Origin: Salinivirga cyanobacteriivorans
GTDB lineage: Bacteria; Bacteroidota; Bacteroidia; Bacteroidales; Salinivirgaceae
DNA: 24,000 bases
Direction: 5' to 3'
NCBI RefSeq assembly: GCF_001443605.1
Contig: NZ_CP013118.1
Span: forward strand, 418,225-442,224
In this document: positions 8,572 through 17,351 of the stretch, piece after piece
Layout: every line of letters begins with the position of its first letter
How positions within the stretch are numbered: position 1 is the stretch's first letter
Notes under the pieces: generated by a model
The model's input: only the letters and a program-made list of their open reading frames with translations
Told to the model about the DNA's origin: nothing
Databases searched by the model: none
Translations under genes and position numbers: made by a program

Positions 8572-9906
8572 ATGCAAAAAACATACACACCTGTATCTGC
8601 ACAAGAAGCAGTAAAAGCGGTTAAATCAGGCGATCGCATACATGTTCACAGTGTAGCCTGCACTCCTACAATATTACTTGAAGCACTCATGGAGCGTTCA
8701 GGTGAATTAAGCGATGTAACCATTCAACACATACACACCGAAGGCCCTGCACCTTATGCAGAGGAAAACGGCAAATATATGGGTACATTTGAACTGGAAT
8801 CCTTCTTTGTAGGCGGAAATGTTCGCAAAGCTACTCAAGCTGGCTATGCCGATTACATTCCGGTTTTCCTTAGCGAAACACAACGTTTAATCAGAGATGA
8901 AGTTCTGCCAATAGATGTTGCCATGGTACAAATCTCCCTGCCCGATCAACATGGCTGGGTTTCAATCGGAACATCTGTAGATTGCAGCAAAGCAGCCATA
9001 GAAAAAGCAAAAACGGTTATTGCAGTAGTAAACAAACATATGCCACGAGCCTGGGGCGATGCTATGATGCCGTTAAGTGATTTTGATATTTTTGTGGAAC
9101 ACGACAGTCCGCTTATTGAGGCACACATGCCCGAATTGTCGGATCAGGATATTGCCATAGGCAAAAATGTGGCCAATTTAATTGAAGATGGCGCCACATT
9201 GCAAATGGGCATTGGGGCTATACCCAATGCAGTGCTTTCGCAGCTGGGTAACCACAAAAACCTTGGCGTGCACACAGAGATGTTTTCAGATGGTCTATTG
9301 CCACTTGTAGAGCAGGGAATTGTTAACGGAGCCAACAAAACACTTGACCAGGGTAAAATTGTAGCCTCATTTTTAATGGGTTCAAAAGACCTCTACAACT
9401 TTGTGGATGATAATCCGGGTGTACTCATGCAGGACGTGCATTATACAAACTCAGTACACATCATTAAACAAAACCCAAAGGTAACTGCTATTAATTCAGC
9501 TATTCAGGTAGATATCACGGGCCAGGTATGCGCCGATTCCATTGGCACTAAATTTTATAGTGGCGTTGGTGGGCAAATTGACTTCATGCGCGGAGCTTCG
9601 TTCAGTGAGGGCGGAAAACCCATACTTGCCATTCCATCGGTAACAAAAAAAGGAATGAGTAAAATAGCACCAATGCTTTGTGAGGGCGGTGGCGTAGTAA
9701 CCACAAGAGCTAACATGCACTGGCTGGTCACTGAATTTGGTGCAGTCAACCTATATGGTAAAACACTACAAAAAAGGGCACGCGACATCATTAGCATAGC
9801 CCACCCCGATCATCAGGAATCGTTGGACAAAGCTGCATTTGACAGGTTTGGATCACATTACCACTTTATTAAAAGTAAAAAAGAGTTGGAAATCAGAAAG
9901 AACTAA
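8572..9906 (+). CDS. acetyl-CoA hydrolase/transferase family protein (4-hydroxybutyrate CoA-transferase-like)
   Basis: 444 aa, collinear with Cat2/AbfT-type CoA-transferases. Motifs: 'GDRIHVHS', 'LQMGIGAIPNAVL', 'HTEMFSDG', 'NSAIQVDITGQVCADSIGTKFYSGVGGQIDFMRGA'. Confidence 0.88.
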   Translation: MQKTYTPVSAQEAVKAVKSGDRIHVHSVACTPTILLEALMERSGELSDVTIQHIHTEGPAPYAEENGKYMGTFELESFFVGGNVRKATQAGYADYIPVFLSETQRLIRDEVLPIDVAMVQISLPDQHGWVSIGTSVDCSKAAIEKAKTVIAVVNKHMPRAWGDAMMPLSDFDIFVEHDSPLIEAHMPELSDQDIAIGKNVANLIEDGATLQMGIGAIPNAVLSQLGNHKNLGVHTEMFSDGLLPLVEQGIVNGANKTLDQGKIVASFLMGSKDLYNFVDDNPGVLMQDVHYTNSVHIIKQNPKVTAINSAIQVDITGQVCADSIGTKFYSGVGGQIDFMRGASFSEGGKPILAIPSVTKKGMSKIAPMLCEGGGVVTTRANMHWLVTEFGAVNLYGKTLQKRARDIISIAHPDHQESLDKAAFDRFGSHYHFIKSKKELEIRKN

Positions 9907-9923
9907 ATTATAGTGCGAAAAGG

Positions 9924-9949
9924 GGCTGTCTAAAAAGGCAGCCTTTTTT
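9924..9949. terminator. bidirectional rho-independent terminator between convergent genes
   Basis: The hairpin GGCTGTC (9924-9930) / loop TAAAAA / GGCAGCC (9937-9943) forms 7 bp including one G-U pair. It is flanked by an A-run on the left and T6 (9944-9949) on the right. It overlaps the folC stop codon at 9948-9950. Confidence 0.6.
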
Positions 9950-11240
9950 ATGTAAGCGCCTCTGCCACCACAAATGTACTTCCTCCAATATAAATCAAAT
10001 CGTTTTCACCTGCTGATGCACGTGCAGCATGCAAAGCATCGGCCACATTCTCATAACTTTCACCATGTAAGCCCGATGCGTAAGCCTTATCTCTGAGTAC
10101 TCGTTCGTTGAGCGCTCTGGGTATTTTAGAACGTGTAAAATAATAGGCCGCCGATTGTGGTAATAATTTAAAAATATTGTAAAGGTTTTTATCATCGACC
10201 ACTCCGATTACCATATGTAGTTTTTTAAATTCAACCTGGTTAAGCTGCTCCATCACTATTGTAAGTCCTTCGGTATTGTGGGCAGTATCGGCAACTGTTA
10301 GTGGGTGCGTATCCAGAATATCCCAACGTCCTCTAAAACCTGTCTTATCTCTAACTTTTCTCAATGCCAAGTCCCTGTCTTTATCGCTAACCGGAAACTT
10401 ATCGCGAATTGCATCTAATGTTGCCAATACGGTTACCAGGTTTTTAGCCTGGTAATGGCCGGTCAGATCTATTTTCCATGTAAACTCTTCGCCTATAAAC
10501 CGATCGTACAGTGTGACTTTCTGAGTAGCAAAAGGAGCTGATGAAGTAATTGATAAAATTTCGAAACGATCAGAAGCGTTCGTTACCGGTGCTGCAAGCT
10601 CTAGCGACTTTTCAGCAAAAACCTCCATTGTTTCTGCTTGTTTTTCTCCAACAATAACCGGCGTTTCTTTTTTTATGATACCGGCCTTCTCTCTGGCAAC
10701 AGCATCCAGTGTATTACCTAAAAAATGTGTATGATCAAGTCCAATATTTGTTATTACCGAAACAATTGGATTTATGATGTTTGTTGAGTCCAGGCGACCG
10801 CCCATACCAGTTTCTATTACTGCTACATCGACTCTTTCGCGGGCAAAATAATCAAAGGCCATGGCTGCAGTTATTTCAAAAAAACTTGGCTTAAGCTCCT
10901 TAATTATTCGTTGATTATCTTCAACAAAATTGGTTACATATTTTTCAGTAATCATTTCACCATCAATCCTGATTCGCTCTCTGAAATCCAGTAAGTGCGG
11001 TGAAGTATACAAGCCTGTTCGAAATCCGGCCTGTTGCAAAGCCGCAGCAATCATGTGACTAACGGAACCCTTACCATTAGTTCCTGCAACATGTATGGTT
11101 GGATAAAACTGGTGTGGATGCCTGAAGTGCTCATCAAGTTTAATTGTTACATCCAAATTGGCCTTATAAGCTGCCTTCCCCTCTCGCTGATACATAGGCA
11201 ACTGTGCATATAAAAATTCTAATGTTTCAGAATAGTTCAT
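9948..11240 (-). CDS. folC: bifunctional folylpolyglutamate synthase / dihydrofolate synthase
   Basis: Mur-ligase-type motifs: 'HVAGTNGKGSV' P-loop, 'AVIETGMGGRLDSTN', 'ITNIGLDHTHFLG'. I place the start at the ATG at 11240 (MNYSETLEFLYAQLP..., 430 aa). The 44 upstream codons in the ORF track are low-complexity read-through into the promoter region. Confidence 0.9.
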   Translation of the reverse strand: MNYSETLEFLYAQLPMYQREGKAAYKANLDVTIKLDEHFRHPHQFYPTIHVAGTNGKGSVSHMIAAALQQAGFRTGLYTSPHLLDFRERIRIDGEMITEKYVTNFVEDNQRIIKELKPSFFEITAAMAFDYFARERVDVAVIETGMGGRLDSTNIINPIVSVITNIGLDHTHFLGNTLDAVAREKAGIIKKETPVIVGEKQAETMEVFAEKSLELAAPVTNASDRFEILSITSSAPFATQKVTLYDRFIGEEFTWKIDLTGHYQAKNLVTVLATLDAIRDKFPVSDKDRDLALRKVRDKTGFRGRWDILDTHPLTVADTAHNTEGLTIVMEQLNQVEFKKLHMVIGVVDDKNLYNIFKLLPQSAAYYFTRSKIPRALNERVLRDKAYASGLHGESYENVADALHAARASAGENDLIYIGGSTFVVAEALT

Positions 11241-11262
11241 AATCGGTTGATAAAATTCTATA

Positions 11263-11270
11263 CAAAAATA
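11263..11270 (-). promoter_or_regulatory. candidate -7 box (TATTTTTG on the minus strand) for folC
   Basis: The reverse complement of 11263-11270 is TATTTTTG, an exact TAnnTTTG match, 22 nt upstream of the folC ATG. Confidence 0.35.
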
Positions 11271-11328
11271 ATAATAGCCTTTTATTTTTTGTAATTTTCG
11301 TAAGAATACAATAAAACAAGATTGCCTT

Positions 11329-12660
11329 ATGCCCACTTCGAAAACTAAAAAAATTTTTGTGCTTGACACCAATGTGCTGCTACACGATTTTCAATGCCTT
11401 GATCATTTTGAAGAACATGATATAGTACTGCCCATAACCGTTTTGGAGGAATTAGACAGATTCAAAAAGGGCCATGACCAAATTAACTATAATGCCCGTG
11501 AAATAGCCAGAAAACTAGGAAAACTCTCTGACGATAAAATATTTAAAACCGGAATAAGCCTTGGTCCTAAAAAAGGAAAACTTTTTATTGAAACAGGTAA
11601 ACCATACAGCCAGGAGTTTCGAGAATCATTTCCGGCCGACACGCCCGACCACCGCATTCTATCCATTGCTTTGCAAGTAAAAGCTGCGAAGCGTAAGCCT
11701 GTAATTTTTGTATCGAAAGACATTAACCTGAGGCTTAAAGCCAAAGCCATGGGCATGCCTACAGAAGATTACGAAACAGATAAGGTAGAAAAAATTGAAA
11801 ATATTTTTGAAGAAGTACAAACAGTAACTAATATCAGCGATGAGTTAATATCCAAACTATATAACGGGACTCCCGAAATACCAGTTGAAGAATTTAATTT
11901 TGACTTTAAGCCTATTCCGAACCAGTTTTTAATTTTGCAGGGAAATCACAGTTCAGCCATTGGTTTTTTTGATCCTTATCTGCAAATCATCAGACGCGTA
12001 GAAAAACATAAAACCTATGGCATTGAGCCCCGCAATGCAGAACAAACCTTCTCACTTGATGCTTTAACCAACAAAAACCTTCCCCTGGTATCAATAACCG
12101 GTAAAGCCGGAACTGGAAAAACACTGCTGGCATTGGCTGCAGCACTTGCACAGGAAAAAAACTACAACCAAATTTTACTGGCCAGACCAATAGTACCTTT
12201 ATCGAATCGCGACCTTGGTTACCTGCCTGGCGACGTAGGTGAAAAAATAGGTCCCTATATGCAACCGCTCTATGACAACCTGGGTGTAATTAAACAGCAA
12301 TTCAAAAGTAACAGCAGCAACTATATGCGTATTGAAGAAATGTTGAAGGACGAAAAACTTAAAATTACACCTCTGGCCTATATCAGAGGCAGAAGCCTTT
12401 CCAATGTTTTCTTTATTATTGACGAGGCTCAAAATCTTACTCCGCATGAGGTTAAAACCATTATAACACGGGCTGGTGACAATACTAAAATTGTTTTTAC
12501 TGGAGATATACAACAAATTGACTCCCCATATCTGGATGTGCGTTCAAACGGACTTTCATATTTGACAGACAGAATGCGCTCCCAGGAGCTCTTTGGGCAC
12601 ATCCACCTCGTAAAAGGCGAAAGAAGCGTATTGGCTGAATTGGCAAGCGATTTGCTGTAA
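11329..12660 (+). CDS. PIN-domain / PhoH-like ATPase fusion (PhoH2 / YlaK type)
   Basis: 443 aa. The N-terminal PIN signature is 'IFVLDTNVLLHD ... TVLEELD ... DHRILS ... VSKDINLRLKA'. The C-terminal PhoH domain has Walker A 'GKAGTGKT', Walker B 'FFIIDEAQN' and 'VFTGDIQQID'. Confidence 0.9.
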   Translation: MPTSKTKKIFVLDTNVLLHDFQCLDHFEEHDIVLPITVLEELDRFKKGHDQINYNAREIARKLGKLSDDKIFKTGISLGPKKGKLFIETGKPYSQEFRESFPADTPDHRILSIALQVKAAKRKPVIFVSKDINLRLKAKAMGMPTEDYETDKVEKIENIFEEVQTVTNISDELISKLYNGTPEIPVEEFNFDFKPIPNQFLILQGNHSSAIGFFDPYLQIIRRVEKHKTYGIEPRNAEQTFSLDALTNKNLPLVSITGKAGTGKTLLALAAALAQEKNYNQILLARPIVPLSNRDLGYLPGDVGEKIGPYMQPLYDNLGVIKQQFKSNSSNYMRIEEMLKDEKLKITPLAYIRGRSLSNVFFIIDEAQNLTPHEVKTIITRAGDNTKIVFTGDIQQIDSPYLDVRSNGLSYLTDRMRSQELFGHIHLVKGERSVLAELASDLL

Positions 12661-12840
12661 ATACAATCATTTGAAAAACAAAAACTTATGTCCACCACAT
12701 AGCAAATTCCAGTATTTTTAACTATTTTTATGCGCACCATTTTCATGGAGGTAGTATAATCAACACCTTTTTTATTCTTTAGGCAGAAAATTTATCTGTA
12801 AAACAAAAAAAAATCAAAATAATGTTCCGCGACATCAAAT

Positions 12841-12868
12841 TTTGTCATGGAAATTACCCATAATTTTG
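12841..12868 (+). promoter_or_regulatory. candidate Bacteroidota promoter (-33 TTTG / -7 TAATTTTG)
   Basis: TTTG at 12841-12844 and an exact TAnnTTTG (TAATTTTG) at 12861-12868 are separated by 16 nt. The -7 box lies 32 nt upstream of the TTG start at 12901. Confidence 0.45.
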
Positions 12869-12900
12869 TATTTTTACCGTAAATTATGAAAGCTTAACTA

Positions 12901-13665
12901 TTGTTGAAGGATCTTATTTATAAATGGTTTTATAATTACACTGCATCATTTTTACAAAATGATGACTCCTCCCCTTACGCCCTAAAATATCAGCATACAT
13001 TAAGAGTTGCTCAAAATGCAAAAAAGATTGCTATAAAAAGTAACTTTCCTGAAGCGGATATCAACCTGGCCGAAACCATCGGATTGTTACACGACTGTGG
13101 AAGATTCCAGCAATTTGCTCAATACGGTACTTTTAATGACCGTTTGTCTGAAGACCATGCAGAATTATCGGCCCGACTTATTTCATCAGAAAAGCTTTTA
13201 AGCAAACTAAACAAAACGGACTCTGACATCATTATAAAAGCTGTTGCTTTCCATAATAAAAAAGCACTGCCAACCGCAGAATTGACAGACAGGGAACTAA
13301 AGTTCGTAAGAATTGTGCGCGATGCCGATAAGGTGGATATTTACCATGTAATGGCCAACCAACTTAAAAAACCTCAAATTGATCACAAAACACTGTTCTT
13401 GAACCAATCTGAAGAAGTTGCTTTTTCTGCTCCCATTCTTGATGCAATAAAAAACCAACATATTGCCAATATTGAAGATATGAAAACAGAAGTCGATTTC
13501 AGAATGATTCAACTCAGTTGGGTATTTGACATCAATTTTCCGGCAAGCCTTGAACTTATAAAAACGCAAGGCAATTTGAATTACTTAATCGACGTTTTGC
13601 CTGCAAAAGAATTGGTGAAAGACGAACTAAACATAATAAAAAAACAAATTGACTATGAAAAATAG
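12901..13665 (+). CDS. HD-domain metal-dependent phosphohydrolase (uncharacterised subfamily)
   Basis: 254 aa. The full ligand pattern is present: H32 ('QHTLRV'), H64-D65 ('LLHDCGRF'), H86 ('EDHAELSA'), H118 ('AFHNK'), D141/D143 ('RDADKVD'). An in-frame stop lies at 12895-12897 and there is no ATG before the HD motif, so translation must start at TTG 12901 or 12904. Confidence 0.75.
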   Translation: MLKDLIYKWFYNYTASFLQNDDSSPYALKYQHTLRVAQNAKKIAIKSNFPEADINLAETIGLLHDCGRFQQFAQYGTFNDRLSEDHAELSARLISSEKLLSKLNKTDSDIIIKAVAFHNKKALPTAELTDRELKFVRIVRDADKVDIYHVMANQLKKPQIDHKTLFLNQSEEVAFSAPILDAIKNQHIANIEDMKTEVDFRMIQLSWVFDINFPASLELIKTQGNLNYLIDVLPAKELVKDELNIIKKQIDYEK

Positions 13666-14536
13666 CGTATTCCAGATATTTTTTCTACCCATCTTGCTTT
13701 TGACCGGCTTTCTCATGAATAGCTGCGACAACCAATCCTCAAAAGTAAAATCTCTGAAGGAAGAAAACCGTCAACTCAAGCGAGAAAGGGCACAAACAGA
13801 AGAAAATTTATATGAACTGAGCAAAACAATAAATTTCATCCAATCGAACCTCGATACGATAAAGCAACAGGAACAAATAATAAGCACCATAGCCAACAGC
13901 GACATAGAAAACCAACCTTCGGCCAAAGAGCAAATTTCTAATGATATAACAAGTATTTATAATAAATTAATTGCCAATCGCAGACAATTATCCAAATTAC
14001 AGCAATCACTCAATAAAGACGCCTCTCAAAATAAAGACCTGAAAGCCATTATTGATAGGCTTAATGAGCAAATGGATGAAAAAATAATCCAGATAGAAAA
14101 CCTCAGGAGCCAGCTTGAGCAAATGCAGGGAAAAATAACCAACCTGGAAGGGTTAGTAGATACGCTGAATAGTCTGAGAAAACAGCAACAAGCCATAATA
14201 GCCTATCAGCAAAAGACAATGAACACCGTCTATTATGCATATGGAACAAGCAAAGAGTTAAAACAAAACAATGTAATCACCAAAGAAGGTGGTATATTAG
14301 GTATTGGCAAAGCCAGAAAACTGAAAGACAATCTTAATAAAGACTATTTTACAGAAGCCCAAAAATTTGAGCTAAAAAACATTACACTCAACGCTCGAAA
14401 AGCCCGCATTGTAACGCCACATCCCGAAGGTAGCTATAAATTACATGGAGATAAACCCGTTGACAGTATAGAAATCATCGATCCGACCAGGTTCTGGTCG
14501 AACACACAATATTTGGTAATAGAAATTAAACAATAG
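13655..14536 (+). CDS. coiled-coil lipoprotein, conserved hypothetical
   Basis: The start is taken at ATG 13655 (MKNSVFQIFFLPILLLTGFLMNSC, lipobox 'LMNSC'). About 170 aa of heptad-like Q/E/K/L-rich sequence follow, then a C-terminal globular part 'VYYAYGTSKELKQNNVITKEGGILGIGKARKL ... RFWSNTQYLVIEI'. It overlaps the HD gene stop by 11 nt. Confidence 0.65.
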   Translation: MKNSVFQIFFLPILLLTGFLMNSCDNQSSKVKSLKEENRQLKRERAQTEENLYELSKTINFIQSNLDTIKQQEQIISTIANSDIENQPSAKEQISNDITSIYNKLIANRRQLSKLQQSLNKDASQNKDLKAIIDRLNEQMDEKIIQIENLRSQLEQMQGKITNLEGLVDTLNSLRKQQQAIIAYQQKTMNTVYYAYGTSKELKQNNVITKEGGILGIGKARKLKDNLNKDYFTEAQKFELKNITLNARKARIVTPHPEGSYKLHGDKPVDSIEIIDPTRFWSNTQYLVIEIKQ

Positions 14537-14540
14537 CATC

Positions 14541-15860
14541 ATGAGCAAAAACACACCAATTAACTTTGATGTTGTCAAGTCCAAAATCGAATCACTTAAC
14601 ATTCCTGATCTCAGCAAAGCTACGATTCGCGAAATTGTGAAGGTTGTGGATATGATACAGGCAGAAACCGGTGACAAATACATCCGAATGGAAATGGGTG
14701 TTCCCGGCTTGCCACCCGAAAAAATCGGTACAGAAGCCGAAATTGCTGCTCTGAAAGCCGGTGTAGCAAACAATTATCCAAGCATTGAAGGTATTCCGGA
14801 GTTAAAAAATGAAACCGCCCGTTTCATTAAAAACTTTATGAATATCGACATAAGTCCTGAGGGATGCGTGGCCACAACAGGTTCAATGCAGGGCGGATAC
14901 GCCTCTTTCCAGGCTGTAAGCAGCATGGACAAAAAGAAAGATACGGCATTGTTTATCGATCCGGGCTTTCCGATCCAAAAACAGCAATTTAAAGTTATAG
15001 GCGCCAAATTTCAATCTTTCGATGCCTATGATTACCGTGGAGAAAAACTTAGAGACAAATTAGAAGAATTTCTCAGCAAAGGAAATATCAACAGCATTAT
15101 CTTTTCAAATCCTAATAATCCAAGCTGGATTTGCCTGACAGATGAAGAACTCAAAATAATTGGAGAACTTGCCAACAAATACGATGTAATCGTAATAGAG
15201 GATTTGGCTTATTTTGGAATGGATTTCCGCCAGGACTTCTCAACCCCTGGACAACCACCATTCCAACCTTCTGTTGCCAATTATACAGACAATTGGATTA
15301 TGTTGATATCCAGCTCTAAAGTATTCAGCTATGCAGGTCAACGAATGGCTGTAATGGCCATATCAGACAAGTTGTATAATCGGTCATATCCCGATTTACA
15401 AGAGCGATTTGGAGCTGACAAGTTTGGATATGCCATTGTTTATCGTCTTTTATATTCCCTCAGCTCAGGCGCTTCTCATTCAGGCCAACATGCCCTGGCA
15501 GCGATGTTTAAAGCTGCAAGCGATGGTAAATTCAATTTTGTTGAACCGGTAAAAGAGTATGGTGAAAGGGCTAAAATTATGAAAAAGCTCTTCACAAAAT
15601 ACGGTTTCGAGATTGTGTATAACAAAGACCTGGACCAGGATCTTGCTGATGGTTTTTACTTTACCATCGCCTATCCCGGCATGAATGGCGGAGAACTGAT
15701 TGAAAACTTATTGTATTATGGTATCAGTGCCATTTCACTTCGCGGGGCAGGAAGTACACATGTAGACGGATTACGCGCATGTGTTTCGCAAATTCAAAGG
15801 TCGCAGTTTGATGACCTTGAGTACAGGTTAAAACGTTTTCACGAAGACTTTCCAAATTAA
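14541..15860 (+). CDS. class I/II PLP-dependent aminotransferase
   Basis: 439 aa. Motifs: 'SNPNNPSW', 'VIEDLAYFGMDF', and the PLP-lysine motif 'SSSKVFSYAGQRM'. It starts 4 nt after the lipoprotein stop. Substrate cannot be assigned from sequence alone. Confidence 0.85.
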   Translation: MSKNTPINFDVVKSKIESLNIPDLSKATIREIVKVVDMIQAETGDKYIRMEMGVPGLPPEKIGTEAEIAALKAGVANNYPSIEGIPELKNETARFIKNFMNIDISPEGCVATTGSMQGGYASFQAVSSMDKKKDTALFIDPGFPIQKQQFKVIGAKFQSFDAYDYRGEKLRDKLEEFLSKGNINSIIFSNPNNPSWICLTDEELKIIGELANKYDVIVIEDLAYFGMDFRQDFSTPGQPPFQPSVANYTDNWIMLISSSKVFSYAGQRMAVMAISDKLYNRSYPDLQERFGADKFGYAIVYRLLYSLSSGASHSGQHALAAMFKAASDGKFNFVEPVKEYGERAKIMKKLFTKYGFEIVYNKDLDQDLADGFYFTIAYPGMNGGELIENLLYYGISAISLRGAGSTHVDGLRACVSQIQRSQFDDLEYRLKRFHEDFPN

Positions 15861-15937
15861 TTATTTGTAAAGATGATAAATTGGGAACTTCGAAGAAATA
15901 GGAAACCTTGAAATGTTAAAAATCAGTTAATTATAAG

Positions 15938-15945
15938 TAAATTTG
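15938..15945 (+). promoter_or_regulatory. candidate -7 box (TAAATTTG) for the oxidoreductase operon
   Basis: Exact TAnnTTTG match 32 nt upstream of the ATG at 15978. The -33 element is only partial (TTG at 15908-15910, with over-long spacing). Confidence 0.35.
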
Positions 15946-15977
15946 TGTAACTCAAAACTATATTAAACACTACTACT

Positions 15978-16211
15978 ATGGCAAAAGTAAAAGGAGCAGT
16001 CGTTGTAGATACCGAAAAGTGTAAAGGATGCAACCTTTGCGTTGTAGAGTGCCCGACCAATGTTTTGGCATTATCGCCAAATGTGAATGGAAAAGGGTAC
16101 AACTACGCTTACATGGAAAATCCTGATGCTTGTATCGGATGCGCCAACTGTGGGTTGGTTTGTCCTGATAATGTAATAACCGTATACAAGGTTAAATTAC
16201 AAGAAGCATAA
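15978..16211 (+). CDS. 2-oxoacid:ferredoxin oxidoreductase delta subunit (2x[4Fe-4S] ferredoxin)
   Basis: 77 aa with two CxxCxxCxxxCP clusters ('CKGCNLCVVECP' and 'CIGCANCGLVCP'). It is the first gene of a four-gene cluster. Confidence 0.85.
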   Translation: MAKVKGAVVVDTEKCKGCNLCVVECPTNVLALSPNVNGKGYNYAYMENPDACIGCANCGLVCPDNVITVYKVKLQEA

Positions 16212-16259
16212 TCACTGTATTTACAATCATCAATCACTAAACACTAAAACGCTTAAATA

Positions 16260-17345
16260 ATGGGAGAATTAAGATTAATGAAGGGTAATGAGGCCATCGC
16301 CGAAGCAGCGATTCGTTATGGCGTTGACGGATACTTCGGATACCCCATTACACCTCAATCGGAAGTTATAGAAACGCTTATGGCCCGTAAACCATGGGAA
16401 GAAACAGGCATGGTTGTTTTGCAGGCCGAAAGCGAATTAGCAGCTGCCAACATGCTTTATGGCGGAGCAGCCTGCGGTAAAAGGGTTATGACATCGTCGT
16501 CGAGCCCGGGTATCAGCCTTAAACTCGAGGCAATATCATATATGGCCGGAGCAGAACTACCTGCACTCGTTGTGAACGTTGTACGTGGTGGCCCCGGTTT
16601 AGGAACAATACAACCTGCACAGTCGGATTATTTTCAGGCTACAAAAGGTGGTGGACACGGAGACTATCAGTTAATCGTGCTTGCCCCTAACTCCGTTCAG
16701 GAAATGGCTGACTTTGTTGAAGATGGACTTGACCTGGCTTTTAAATACCGCAATCCTTCAATGATTCTGACCGATGGAATGATTGGACAGATGATGGAAA
16801 AGGTTGAATTAAAAGACTTCAAAACACGCCTTACCGAAGAAGAGATTATAGAAAAATACGGAGATTGGGCAACAACCGGAAAAACAAAAAACCGTGATAA
16901 AATTGTTGCCACATCACTAGAACTCCAGTCAGAGCTGCAAGAAAAATTCAATCATAAACTTCAAGACAAATACCGCGAAATAGAAGCCAATGAGGTACGC
17001 TATGAAACCACTATGGTAGATGACGCAGAGTACCTGCTTGTTGCATATGGTTCTTCATCAAGAATTTGTATGAAAGCTGTTGAAATGGCGCGCGATAAAG
17101 GTATAAAAGTTGGCTTGCTCAGACCCATTACGCTCTATCCATTCCCTAATAAAGAGCTAAATTCACTTGCCGATCAGGTAAAGGGAATGCTGAGTGTGGA
17201 GATGAGTGCCGGTCAAATGGTTCAGGACATTAAACTTGCAGTTAACGGTAAGATACCTGTTGAGCATTTCGGACGCTTTGGTGGTATAATACCCAGTCCT
17301 GAGGAAATTGTAAACGCACTTGAAGAAAAAATTATTAAAGGCTAA
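16260..17345 (+). CDS. 2-oxoacid:ferredoxin oxidoreductase alpha subunit (KorA/VorB-type)
   Basis: 361 aa. Motifs: 'LMKGNEAIAEAAIRYGVDGYFGYPITPQSE', 'QAESELAAANMLYGGAACGKRVMTSSSSPGISL'. Confidence 0.9.
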   Translation: MGELRLMKGNEAIAEAAIRYGVDGYFGYPITPQSEVIETLMARKPWEETGMVVLQAESELAAANMLYGGAACGKRVMTSSSSPGISLKLEAISYMAGAELPALVVNVVRGGPGLGTIQPAQSDYFQATKGGGHGDYQLIVLAPNSVQEMADFVEDGLDLAFKYRNPSMILTDGMIGQMMEKVELKDFKTRLTEEEIIEKYGDWATTGKTKNRDKIVATSLELQSELQEKFNHKLQDKYREIEANEVRYETTMVDDAEYLLVAYGSSSRICMKAVEMARDKGIKVGLLRPITLYPFPNKELNSLADQVKGMLSVEMSAGQMVQDIKLAVNGKIPVEHFGRFGGIIPSPEEIVNALEEKIIKG

Positions 17346-17351
17346 ACAATC

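Noticed and set aside
11241-11372. N-terminal 44-codon extension of the folC ORF in the track, overlapping the phoH2 start.
   Set aside because: The extension (MVSSTKIFLVFEVGIRQSCFIV...) is low-complexity read-through of an AT-rich promoter region. FolC homology begins at the internal Met (ATG 11240). Using that start also removes an implausible head-to-head gene overlap.
12429-12746. 105-aa minus-strand ORF overlapping the 3' end of phoH2. Similar shadow ORFs occur at 12199-12516, 14441-14773, 17163-17462 and 17768-18073.
   Set aside because: All are embedded antisense in strongly supported genes and have odd composition. They are typical shadow ORFs.
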